A model generated the notes under the pieces. The model was not told where the DNA came from and searched no databases. It was given only the letters and a program-made list of their open reading frames with translations. The position numbers were made by a program, and so were the translations under genes. Below are positions 1-7,643 of a stretch of DNA of 21,099 nt, one piece after another (the stretch's first letter is position 1; every line of letters begins with the position of its first letter). Source of the DNA: PVC group bacterium (lineage in GTDB: Bacteria > Auribacterota > Erginobacteria > Erginobacterales > Erginobacteraceae); assembly GCA_043804695.1 (NCBI GenBank), contig JAZDIV010000030.1, forward strand, positions 1 through 21,099. Reading direction: 5' to 3'.

Positions 1-141
1 ATCAGCCGCCGCTCGAAGGTCCCGGTGAGTAATAATCACGACCTTGGATCCACGGATCGGATAATCCGACCAGGATATATGCACCAGGGAAAAGGCGATT
101 AAAAACGCCCCTAAGGTAGTGATAAGGATCTTATGCTTCAA
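1..141 (-). CDS. 5' part of a secreted protein, possibly C25 (gingipain-like) cysteine peptidase family; runs off the window
   Basis: Not in the ORF track. The minus strand has an AAGGAGG RBS, then TTG at 141, reading MKHKILITTLGAFLIAFSLVHISWSDYPIRGSKVVIITHRDLRAAAD. This is a signal peptide followed by VVIITHxxLxxAA, resembling the first strand-helix of C25 peptidase domains. Confidence 0.55.
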   Translation of the reverse strand, partial: MKHKILITTLGAFLIAFSLVHISWSDYPIRGSKVVIITHRDLRAAAD

Positions 142-385
142 TGATGTCCTCCTTTATCAATGATGGTATTTTTATAATGCTTAACTATATAGGATTCCAA
201 ATTTCTAACCTGGGAGAGGCCACCCATTCTTTGTGGGAAACGACCAATTCTACAAAATTAAACAGCCGATGATTAGAGTATATAATACTGCTTAATAAGT
301 CAAGTTGGAATCTGTTATAAAGGAAAAAAATGTTATAGAGACTTATGGGAAGAATTAATGTTCCGGGTCCTTTCCGGGGAAGGTT

Positions 386-1148
386 CTAACCGGATAATCC
401 TTCCCGCTTATGATGATCTTTAAGCCGGTCGATCACGCCCATTATCGCCCGGTAGAGGGAACCACGCCAGGATATCTTTCCGCAACCGGAACATATCCGA
501 AAATCATCATAGGCTATCTTCATCTTCGGCGGCAGGCAATCAATTATCTTTTCTTTGGCTACTTCTTTGATTTCTCCGTTGTAGGCCAGGCATCGCTTAA
601 ATGGTTTGATCTGCGAGAAGAGATCAAAACGCTCGAGCGCTGCCCGGGCCTGGTCTGTCGGTTCCTGGGAACTGATCCAGCAGCCGTGAGTTACCAGGGA
701 GTTCTTCAAAAGCCTCCGGTCCCGGGTCAGGATGATGCGCCGCTCTTTCAAGGAGATACGGACAATCTCCGGATCATCATATTAGTCAGTCCATAATTGT
801 ATGGACATCGAGGATGAAAGCGGTCTTCCGGAGCGGTTTTCCTCTCAAGCGGATCAGCGGGGAGATGTCCAGGCTCTCAAAGACCGGATAGACGGAGACC
901 CGGTCCGAGACCCGGAGAGGGTAGTCGAAGCCGACCGATCGGCCGTTCACCAGGATAACGTCCACTTCCGGGTGAGGCACTCCCAGAGCCTCAATCGCGT
1001 CCTTGACGGCGGGGGAGCCGCTGAAGCTGAAGGAGAATTCCTTCTGCTTTTTCTCCGGTTCGAGAAAATCATTGAGCTCGGCGTAAAAACGGGACCGGGC
1101 TGTCTTCTCATAAACGGGAAGTTCTGAATTTCCCGCAGTTACGCCCAC
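386..1148 (-). pseudogene. Mut7-C family gene (ubiquitin-like domain + PIN-type RNase/Zn ribbon), disrupted
   Basis: ORF 786-1148 carries RFYAELNDFL...KDAIEALGVPHPEVDVILVNG...VYPVFESLDI...FILDVH. Region 386-782 carries YDDPEIVRISLKERRIILTRDRRLL...RCLAYNG...CSGCGKISWRGSLY. The connecting segment (typically about 20 codons) is replaced by repeat-derived DNA containing a stop. Normally conserved RCxxCN and YWxGSH motifs appear degraded. Confidence 0.85.
780..808 (+). repeat. 29-bp left end of hairpin-headed element (TATTAGTCAGTCCATAATTGTATGGACAT), copy 1, inside the Mut7-C gene
   Basis: Identical to 15900-15928 and 20869-20897. Contains the hairpin GTCCATA-ATTG-TATGGAC. Confidence 0.95.
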
Positions 1149-1654
1149 CGCTCGTATCTCACGATCGCCTCCCGGGGCAACCGCCGCTTTTCTGCCGGAC
1201 CGGGGTCACTCGGGTACCCGATCGGGAGGAGTTCCACGACCCGGATTTTTGGGGGTATATTGAGAATCTCTTTAACCTGTTCTTCTGAGAAAGCCCCGAT
1301 CCAGCCGGTCCCCAGTCCCTCTGCGACCGCGCAGAGGGTAATCTGGTCGATCGCGATGGCGACGTCGATAGGATAGCAAAGCTGGCCGCAGGTCATGACA
1401 TGATTGTCAATCTCCGCGCAACAAACCAGAACTACCGGGGCCTTGGCGACGTAACTCTGTCCACCCGCCGCCATTGCCAGCTTCCGCCGTGTCTCCGGAT
1501 CACGCACTACCACGAAGCGCCACTCTTGAAAGTTCTTCGCCGATGGGGCGAGTCTCGCGGACTCCAAGAGCCGATGGATAACATCTTCATCGACATCCCG
1601 TTCCTGGAAGGCGCGGACACTCTTACGCAACTTGATAGCCTGATAAACATCCAT
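1139..1654 (-). CDS. nitroreductase family protein
   Basis: 171 aa with AIKLRKSVRAF, ARLAPSAKNFQEWRFVVV, DVAIAIDQITLCAVAEGLGTGWIG and LLPIGYP. GAGGAG RBS upstream. Confidence 0.93.
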   Translation of the reverse strand: MDVYQAIKLRKSVRAFQERDVDEDVIHRLLESARLAPSAKNFQEWRFVVVRDPETRRKLAMAAGGQSYVAKAPVVLVCCAEIDNHVMTCGQLCYPIDVAIAIDQITLCAVAEGLGTGWIGAFSEEQVKEILNIPPKIRVVELLPIGYPSDPGPAEKRRLPREAIVRYERWA

Positions 1655-1785
1655 GAAATTTCTCCTCGCAATTTTTGAATACTGTTCGTTATTCCTATCC
1701 AGTGTCTTTTAACCTCATTAAAATTGACTAAAAAGCCCCAGGCTGAGAGATACGAATCCGAGCCTGTCAAGTTCGCCGAATCTAA

Positions 1786-2071
1786 GAGGGATGATCCCTT
1801 CCCTGACTACGACAACGAACCGGTGATGATGTCCGCGGATGATTGAAACGCCCCGGCAGGGGTGGTCTATCTTCGGCACGCTGCTCAGCTCGCGAAGACG
1901 TGTCCAACCTGCCGGGCGCGGCATCCCCGTCGAGGAGGCGTGTCTCAACCACCGTCAGTCTCGCGCTCCTTCCCTCGCTTTGCTTCACTCATCTCCATGA
2001 AAGTGCTTCTTCAGCCCGGTTTCAACGGGCACGGGCCCGCCCTGCCTAAAAAGCGATTTCTTGTCAATTTA
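1786..2071 (+). mobile_element. IS91/ISCR-like remnant, copy 1 (putative transposase C-terminal tail + oriIS-like end)
   Basis: About 290-bp direct repeat of 4242-4538. Begins with codons for DDPFPDYDNEPVMMSADD* (TGA 1844-1846) and ends in a CGGGC-N4-GCCCG hairpin followed by AAAAAGCGATTTCTTGTCAATT. The repeat is certain; the IS91 assignment is by resemblance. Confidence 0.65.
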
Positions 2072-2194
2072 AGTCTTGCACTCCTTTCCGCGCTTTACTA
2101 TATTATCTCCATGAAAATGCTTCTTCTGTCCGGTTCCGGTTCGGTTTCCACGGGCGCGGGCCCGCCCTGCCAAAAAGCGATTTCTTACTCAATT
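2072..2194 (+). mobile_element. IS91/ISCR-like end, shorter divergent copy 2, directly abutting copy 1
   Basis: AGTCTTGCACTCC...ATCTCCATGAAAATGCTTCTTC...CGGGCGCGGGCCCGCCCTGCCAAAAAGCGATTTCTTACTCAATT aligns with the last ~115 bp of copies 1 and 3. Confidence 0.65.
2076..2104 (+). promoter_or_regulatory. sigma70-type promoter inside repeat copy 2, facing the 511-aa gene
   Basis: TTGCAC (2076-2081), 17-bp spacer, TATATT (2099-2104). Confidence 0.6.
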
Positions 2195-2223
2195 GACAAA
2201 CAACGATTAAATGGAGGTGATAT

Positions 2224-3759
2224 ATGAAGAGGAACAAGATGGTTTCAAAAGGCTTACTGTCAGTTATTCTTCTAGTTCTTGCATGTTGCTTTAACCCTGA
2301 AAATGCTCTTTGTATTTGCTTGAGTACGGAAACAGTTGAAGTTCAGCCTTCCGGATTAAGCAATACCTCGCTTGCATTCGATTGGGCTAGTCAACCGCAT
2401 GTCTGCTATACGGCTCCATTATCGCGCAGCGATTCCGATATATGGATTAAGTACGCCTTCAGAGATAAGGGAATTTGGAAGGTCGAGCCGGTGGTGCCGC
2501 AGGATGATCTGGGCATAATTAATAAAGCGATAATCAAGTTAAACAAGGAGGGCAAGCCTTACATTTTCATAGGTTTCTGGGCAGACAATCAATATAACGT
2601 GAGCAGGATATATAAGATGGATTCTATCTGGCAGATCGATGATCTGTACCAGAGCGAAGCCGGTGATGATTATCTGCTCGGCGCAGGCTGCACCTTTGCC
2701 CTGGATATTAGAACTGATCCGGTTCTTCTTCGACCCCACATTGTCCTGATAGCCACCTCCCGCCCCGAGAACAGGAGCGAAATACGTTACGTGAGACCTG
2801 ATGGTTCAGGATGGATTCCGCACATACTGGCGGAGCATAGCAGCGGAAATAATTACTTTTTCAGCCCTTCCCTTGCCATAGACAGGCTCGGCCGCGCGCA
2901 TATAGTTTACTCCAGCCATTGGCTCGAGAACTTTTGGGGCAACTGGTGGACTATGGGCAAGTTTGAGTATGCCCAGTGGGACGGGTCAAGGTGGACAAGA
3001 GAGCTCCTGCTGGGGCCGATAAATGATGGATTATACCAGGGTTTCCCATCCCGTCTCGTCTTAGATTCGGGAAATAGGCCGCATATCTGTTTGAGCATAT
3101 TCAGAGCAAGGGGGGGTGGGTTGATTTACCTCCGCAGGGAAGGTTATTACAACTGGGAATCTGAAATAATTGGCTATGGCATTCACAGCTCAGAGTTTGC
3201 ACTGACTGTTGATTTTGATGATAACGCTCATATAGCCTACCACAGTTACAATCCGGATGATGCGGACGAGCCGGGAGAGGTACGGTATTTGGTAGGGGAT
3301 GGTTCATCTTTTGAAGAGGAGTTGGTCGAGGCCAATCATGAAAGCAGCGAATTCTCCATAGGAATAGATTGGCAAAAGAAACCTCATATTATATACCATG
3401 ATTATAATCAGGGTTTGAATCATGCCTGCGAGGGATATTCCATAGCCGGAAAGATTAGCGGCTGGCCTTGGGTTTGGGATCGCGAGAACCGGATGTTTCG
3501 GACCAGTGGAATAGCGGGGGTACAGGTGACGGTGCAGGACGCCCGCGGAACCATTCTCCTTGCGCATAGCGCCTATACCAATGCTGAAGGCTACTATACA
3601 GTTGAGTGTCTTCCAGGACAGAAAAACTATACGGTAGTTCCCTCAAAGTTCAGCTACCGATTTTATCCCGCAGACAAGAGCCTCTGGTTGTGGAGAGATA
3701 CAGAGAATATATCGTTTTCAGGCCTGCCGTTTTATGTGTCATTTGGCTTGGCAGATTAA
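2224..3759 (+). CDS. secreted beta-propeller protein with C-terminal carboxypeptidase-regulatory-like (transthyretin-fold) domain
   Basis: GGAGGTG RBS and signal peptide. About 7 blades of type S-L-A-h-D-x-x-G-x-P/A-H-I-x-Y (SLAFDWASQPHVCY, SLAIDRLGRAHIVY, RLVLDSGNRPHICL, ALTVDFDDNAHIAY, SIGIDWQKKPHIIY). C-terminus GIAGVQVTV...TNAEGYYTVECLPGQKNYTVVPSK. Visibly more AT-rich than the core genes. Confidence 0.8.
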   Translation: MKRNKMVSKGLLSVILLVLACCFNPENALCICLSTETVEVQPSGLSNTSLAFDWASQPHVCYTAPLSRSDSDIWIKYAFRDKGIWKVEPVVPQDDLGIINKAIIKLNKEGKPYIFIGFWADNQYNVSRIYKMDSIWQIDDLYQSEAGDDYLLGAGCTFALDIRTDPVLLRPHIVLIATSRPENRSEIRYVRPDGSGWIPHILAEHSSGNNYFFSPSLAIDRLGRAHIVYSSHWLENFWGNWWTMGKFEYAQWDGSRWTRELLLGPINDGLYQGFPSRLVLDSGNRPHICLSIFRARGGGLIYLRREGYYNWESEIIGYGIHSSEFALTVDFDDNAHIAYHSYNPDDADEPGEVRYLVGDGSSFEEELVEANHESSEFSIGIDWQKKPHIIYHDYNQGLNHACEGYSIAGKISGWPWVWDRENRMFRTSGIAGVQVTVQDARGTILLAHSAYTNAEGYYTVECLPGQKNYTVVPSKFSYRFYPADKSLWLWRDTENISFSGLPFYVSFGLAD

Positions 3760-3790
3760 TAAAGGCTCAACCTAAAAAAGAGGTAAGCTG

Positions 3791-4170
3791 ATGAGAACAA
3801 AGTTGCTGGCAACAGTTGCTTTGATATCTCTGGTTACGTTTTTCCCGAAGTATCTTTTTAGTCAATATGCCCTGAATAGCAGTATAACCCTTTAAAAACC
3901 TACCAAACTACGGGTACTCTTACTCCTGAGACCAGCATAGATAGTACAAAGCTCACGGCGATTCAGCAGAATGGACCCGCTGCGGTAGCCGTCCCGGAAA
4001 TTGAGACTGATTCCTTTTTCTCGGATTTTGCGCATGCTGCAGGATCAAAACCAAAACTCTGCGATATTGACATAACCAGGACGGATAATCTAATTAATGT
4101 AGTGGCAAACTTTGAGAAACCAGAAGTTAAGCAGGTTGGTAAATATCACAGGGTAAGAGTTTCATGCCCG
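3791..4170 (+). pseudogene. frameshifted, 3'-truncated gene for a secreted protein (end coordinate approximate)
   Basis: GAGGT RBS and ATG 3791, reading MRTKLLATVALISLVTFFPKYLFSQ (signal peptide) to a stop at 3893-3895. A second frame is open from ~3880 (QYNPLKTYQTTG...DNLINVVANFEKPEVKQVGKYHRVRVS) and runs directly into the IS-like tail. Confidence 0.55.
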
Positions 4171-4241
4171 CAGCTTTCAGTCGAGCCCCGGCTTGGCTGC
4201 CCGCCGGAGCCCGCCGTAGCTTCAGCGAAGGCGGGGCGAAG

Positions 4242-4538
4242 GAGGGATGATCCCTTCCCTGACTACGACAACGAACCGGTGATGATGTACGCAGATGATG
4301 GAGACGCCCCGGCAGGGGCGGTCTGTCTTTGGTAGGCTGCTCAGCTCGCGAAGACATGTCCAATCTGCCGAACGTGGCATCCTCGGCGCGGCGGCGGGCC
4401 TCAACCACCCCTCAACCACCGTCAGTCTCGCGCTCCTTCCCTCGCTTTGCTTCACTCATCTCCATGAAAGTGCTTCTTCAGCCCGGTTTCAACGGGCGCC
4501 GGCCCGCCCTGCCCAAAAAGCGATTTCTTATCAATTTA
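4242..4538 (+). mobile_element. IS91/ISCR-like remnant, copy 3
   Basis: Direct repeat of 1786-2071 encoding DDPFPDYDNEPVMMYADD. Contains an 11-bp tandem duplication CCTCAACCACC (4399-4420) and ends AAAAAGCGATTTCTTATCAATTTA. Confidence 0.65.
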
Positions 4539-4679
4539 TCGGCGACCTCTGGTGCGAGCCGAGATATTATTTCGGTAGGGCAGTGGATTTTGTGGCGATT
4601 AAGAAGCCTGACATCTCACCACTCCCCAGTCTTGTAAAGACTGTGGAAGGTGCTAAGTTATAGAGGGGGTTCCAGGAAA

Positions 4680-5792
4680 GTGAGGCGACTGGTATCGATT
4701 GATATCCTCCGCGCGATTGCCATCCTGTTGATGATCCAGGTGCATTTCGTCGAGAACCTGTCTCCGCGGGAGGCGTCCTCGGAGATACTTTACCAGCTAT
4801 CTGCTCTCTTCGGCTTGCTGTCCGCCCCCCTCTTTACCTTCCTGGTGGGACTCAGCCTGTGGCTTTGGCTGCGTAAAGAGGAGGCCCTTGGCAATGTCGG
4901 GCCTGAGGCAGGCAGGTTCATTCTCCGCCGCGGCCTGTACCTGTTCGCGGGGGGCCTGATCTTCGCCGTCATCATCTGGCTTCCGAGGGAGGTGTTCGAT
5001 TGGGATGTCCTGACGCTTATAGGCGCGGCGACGTTGATCCTTTTGCCCCTGCGCAGGTTGAGGCTCGGAGCGCTTGTCGGGCTGGCGTTGCTGGTGCTTC
5101 TCATCAGCACGCCTCTCCGGGGGCTCACGGACTACGACTCCCACTGGGTGGACAGGGAATATGTCTACCAGTTCACGGTGAAGGATGTGGTCCTTGGGTT
5201 CCTGCTGCAGGGTTACTTCCCGCTCCTGCCCTGGCTCGTCTATCCTGTCCTGGGTTATGCCACGGGGGAGTATTTCTTCAAGGATGGGCCCGAGGGGTAC
5301 GGAGTTAGCTGGAGGATGCCCTTAGTCGGTCTGGCGCTGATTGCACTGGCATGGGCCGGTCACTGCCTGAGGTGGAGGTTCTCCCCTGTTTTTAGTGGAC
5401 TGGACGCCTTGAGCTTCTACCCCGCCTCGATGACGTTTATCCTGTGGACGCTGGGCTGGATCCTGCTGGGACTATGGGGAATGTACCGCTGGCTGGACAG
5501 CCGCGATAGCCCTGCAGAGGGACCGGTCTTGTCATTCTTCGGGCGATACAGCCGTTTTTCTCTTACGACTTACATCGTGCATCACGCTGTGACTATCTGG
5601 CCGATACTGCTACTGGCCGCATTGGAGGGGCGGGGTGACCCATGGTGGTACTATCGTGACGCGGTGAGCACGCCCGTGGCTCTTTTGCTGGCGCTCCTTT
5701 TCGTGGCCGGCTTCTATGTTGTGCTGATTTTCTGGGACAGGCGAAGGAAATACAGCTTCGAGTGGTTCCTGCGCTGGTTGAGCAGTCGATAA
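4680..5792 (+). CDS. DUF1624 / heparan-alpha-glucosaminide N-acetyltransferase-like multi-pass membrane protein
   Basis: RLVSIDILRAIAILLMIQVH, APLFTFLVGLS, RRGLYLF, WDVLTLIG, GYFPLLPWLVYPVLG and GRYSRFSLTTYIVHH, with many TM helices. GTG start at 4680 follows AGGAAA (ORF track start is 4650). Confidence 0.8.
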   Translation: MRRLVSIDILRAIAILLMIQVHFVENLSPREASSEILYQLSALFGLLSAPLFTFLVGLSLWLWLRKEEALGNVGPEAGRFILRRGLYLFAGGLIFAVIIWLPREVFDWDVLTLIGAATLILLPLRRLRLGALVGLALLVLLISTPLRGLTDYDSHWVDREYVYQFTVKDVVLGFLLQGYFPLLPWLVYPVLGYATGEYFFKDGPEGYGVSWRMPLVGLALIALAWAGHCLRWRFSPVFSGLDALSFYPASMTFILWTLGWILLGLWGMYRWLDSRDSPAEGPVLSFFGRYSRFSLTTYIVHHAVTIWPILLLAALEGRGDPWWYYRDAVSTPVALLLALLFVAGFYVVLIFWDRRRKYSFEWFLRWLSSR

Positions 5793-5810
5793 GCTGCAAT
5801 AGGGGACGGT

Positions 5811-5912
5811 CTTAACTTACTGCTTCGGAATTTTCAGCCTGAGGCTTCAGTCAGAGGCTTCAGCCTGAGGCTGATCCGCCTCGGGAGGAGATCCGCCTCT
5901 GGCGCACAATAA
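5811..5912 (+). repeat. mini-hairpin-module element, expanded copy
   Basis: CTTAACTTACTGCTTCGGAATTTT, then three TCAGCCTGAGGCT-like and two GATCCGCCTC modules, then GGCGCACAATAA. Homologous to the reverse complement of 15679-15737. Confidence 0.85.
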
Positions 5913-5980
5913 ACCGCGGATTAAACGGATTAAGCGGATTGTTTTTTCTTTAATCAGCATAATCCGCACAATCCGCGGTT
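5912..5980. repeat. inverted array of 9-bp CGGATT units
   Basis: AACCGCGGATT (5912-5922) pairs with AATCCGCGGTT (5970-5980), with three 9-bp-period units on each arm. Confidence 0.8.
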
Positions 5981-6148
5981 AAATAATAGTCGGCCCGGCT
6001 TGCCTCCCGGCGCTCGCTAGACCCCGCCAGTTGCGCTTACACCTCGGGATCGATCCGCACCCGGTCATCGGGCACGACGCCGACATGCTCGCTGAGCCAA
6101 TCGGGGGACCTATGGGCAAGCCCATGATCTTCTGCGGCAGATAAGAAA

Positions 6149-6180
6149 CGGCCCGGGGGAGATTAATCTCCCCCGGGCCG
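6149..6180 (-). terminator. intrinsic terminator of the Spy/CpxP-like gene
   Basis: Perfect 32-bp palindrome CGGCCCGGGGGAGATTAATCTCCCCCGGGCCG followed on the minus strand by TTTCTT, just after the stop at 6204. Confidence 0.75.
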
Positions 6181-6203
6181 GAGAAAGGAATGTATCGGGA
6201 GGT

Positions 6204-6749
6204 TCAATCCTGGTCTATCTCTGCCTCCGCTCCTTCCGGCCGGTGCATCCGCATCATTCCTCGTCTCTGTCCTCCCTCCGGGGGGCCTCCCCCTTCCTGC
6301 CGTCCGCCGCGGCCGTCTCTCCGCATCTGCCGCCGCCGGTGCTGGCGCCCCTGTTCCAGCTGGGACCACTGATCGGAGGAGAGAACCTGGCGGACCGAGA
6401 TCTGTTTATTCACGCCCAGTTTCGCCAGGGCCGCGGTGGCGGCGCTGATCTCTTCTCCCATCCGCTGGGTATCATCGGCGGAGCAGGTATCCTGCGAGAG
6501 CAGGTGATCCAGCTCCAGCCGGGCCCGCTTCAAACGGGTGTCCGGATCAAGACTGTCCATCCTGAAGGTGTAGTCGATCTCATTCAGCCGGGCGATCTGG
6601 TCCGGGGTCAGGGCCAGCTTTTCGACGATTTTTTCATTTTTCCAGAATGGGAAGCCGCCCGGCCGCACTCCGCCCGGCTGCGCCATGACCGGAGCAACCA
6701 GACCGAGCAGAACCGGCGCCATCACCAGGGTTGTGATCCATCTTTTCAT
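6204..6749 (-). CDS. Spy/CpxP-like periplasmic helical protein (LTXXQ motif)
   Basis: Signal peptide ending VMA-Q, motifs KLALTPDQIARL and VLSSDQWSQL, Gly/Arg-rich tail, GGGAG RBS. Confidence 0.8.
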   Translation of the reverse strand: MKRWITTLVMAPVLLGLVAPVMAQPGGVRPGGFPFWKNEKIVEKLALTPDQIARLNEIDYTFRMDSLDPDTRLKRARLELDHLLSQDTCSADDTQRMGEEISAATAALAKLGVNKQISVRQVLSSDQWSQLEQGRQHRRRQMRRDGRGGRQEGGGPPEGGQRRGMMRMHRPEGAEAEIDQD

Positions 6750-6948
6750 TCGGCATCTCCCTTGTTGCCGTGTTGAGTTTTTCGATTGTGAACACTGAAC
6801 GCCGCGCTATATGTAAAACGGAGATCGGGAGAAAAGGTTTAACTTATTTTTTTCTCCCGGTTTCACCGGGAGGAAAAAATAATGAAGAGAATCCTGCCCT
6901 GGAACAGCCCCCGGCCGCCTGACTGTCTTGCCCGAACTTTTCCGGGTA

Positions 6949-6977
6949 TTGACATTCCCCGGCAACTGGGCTATATC
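6949..6977 (+). promoter_or_regulatory. sigma70-type promoter for grpE-dnaJ
   Basis: TTGACA (6949-6954), 17-bp spacer, TATATC (6972-6977). Confidence 0.55.
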
Positions 6978-7040
6978 TCTTGCTGTTTTGCAATGGAGAG
7001 ACTGCAATTATCGCCGAGCAAAAATTATCAGGGAGATGAA

Positions 7041-7643
7041 ATGACGACCGGGAAGAAACATCACGCCGTTCACCAACCGAAAGCCGCCGAGCAGGCTGAA
7101 ACCGGAGAAAAGCTCCCGGAAATGGTGGAGATCCCCGCGCCGGAACTGGAGGAGCTCCGCCGGAAGGCCGCCGCCGACTCCGAATATAAGGAGAAGATGC
7201 TGCGGGCGATGGCCGACATGGAGAACCTCCGCAAACGAATGGAGCGGGAGAGGAAAGACTACATCGATTACGCGAATCAGGAACTGATCTACGAGATCCT
7301 GCCGGTCCTCGACAACTTTGACCGCGCCCTCCAGTCCGCCGAGAAGACGGCCGCGTCCGCTCCGTACCTTCAGGGCGTTGAGATGATATACAAGCAGCTG
7401 GAGGAAGTGCTGAAGCGCCAGGGGGTGGAAGAGATCAAGGCCGGGGGAGAGCGGTTTGACCCGCATCTCCACGAGGCCGTGCAGACGGAAGAGACCGACC
7501 GCTACCCCGAGGACACCGTCCTGGACGTCATCATGAAAGGGTACCTGTTCCGGGGCAGGCTCCTCCGTCCCGCGGTGGTCAAGGTCTCCCGGCCGGTTGT
7601 TCCTCCGGGGAAAAATAAAAATGAACAAGCGCAACTATTATGA
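7041..7643 (+). CDS. grpE: nucleotide exchange factor GrpE
   Basis: [34 protein letters not shown] and [18 protein letters not shown]. Start placed at ATG 7041 after GGGAG. Confidence 0.96.
   Translation: MTTGKKHHAVHQPKAAEQAETGEKLPEMVEIPAPELEELRRKAAADSEYKEKMLRAMADMENLRKRMERERKDYIDYANQELIYEILPVLDNFDRALQSAEKTAASAPYLQGVEMIYKQLEEVLKRQGVEEIKAGGERFDPHLHEAVQTEETDRYPEDTVLDVIMKGYLFRGRLLRPAVVKVSRPVVPPGKNKNEQAQLL

Noticed and set aside
2076..2101. TTGCACTC resembling half of a CIRCE element
   Set aside because: The GAGTGCTAA arm is missing at the 9-bp spacing, and the site is not upstream of chaperone genes.
1718..2227. Short ORFs with near-identical twins at 4127-4663
   Set aside because: The similarity comes from the DNA repeat. 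Stops and frames are not conserved between copies, so these are not paralogous genes.
5834..5905. Short repeated units that could suggest a CRISPR array
   Set aside because: Units are 13-17 bp and abut one another without unique spacers, and no cas genes are present.
5990..6060. Minus-strand ACTGGCG...GGGAG reminiscent of a ZTP riboswitch
   Set aside because: The P1 pairing and the downstream CGCCUGGG pseudoknot partner are not present, and no suitable downstream gene exists.
6882..7040. N-terminal extensions of grpE (and likewise of dnaJ from 7597, proA from 20843 and the SBBP gene from 15647)
   Set aside because: Downstream starts fit better with RBS or promoter placement and with family N-termini or signal peptides.
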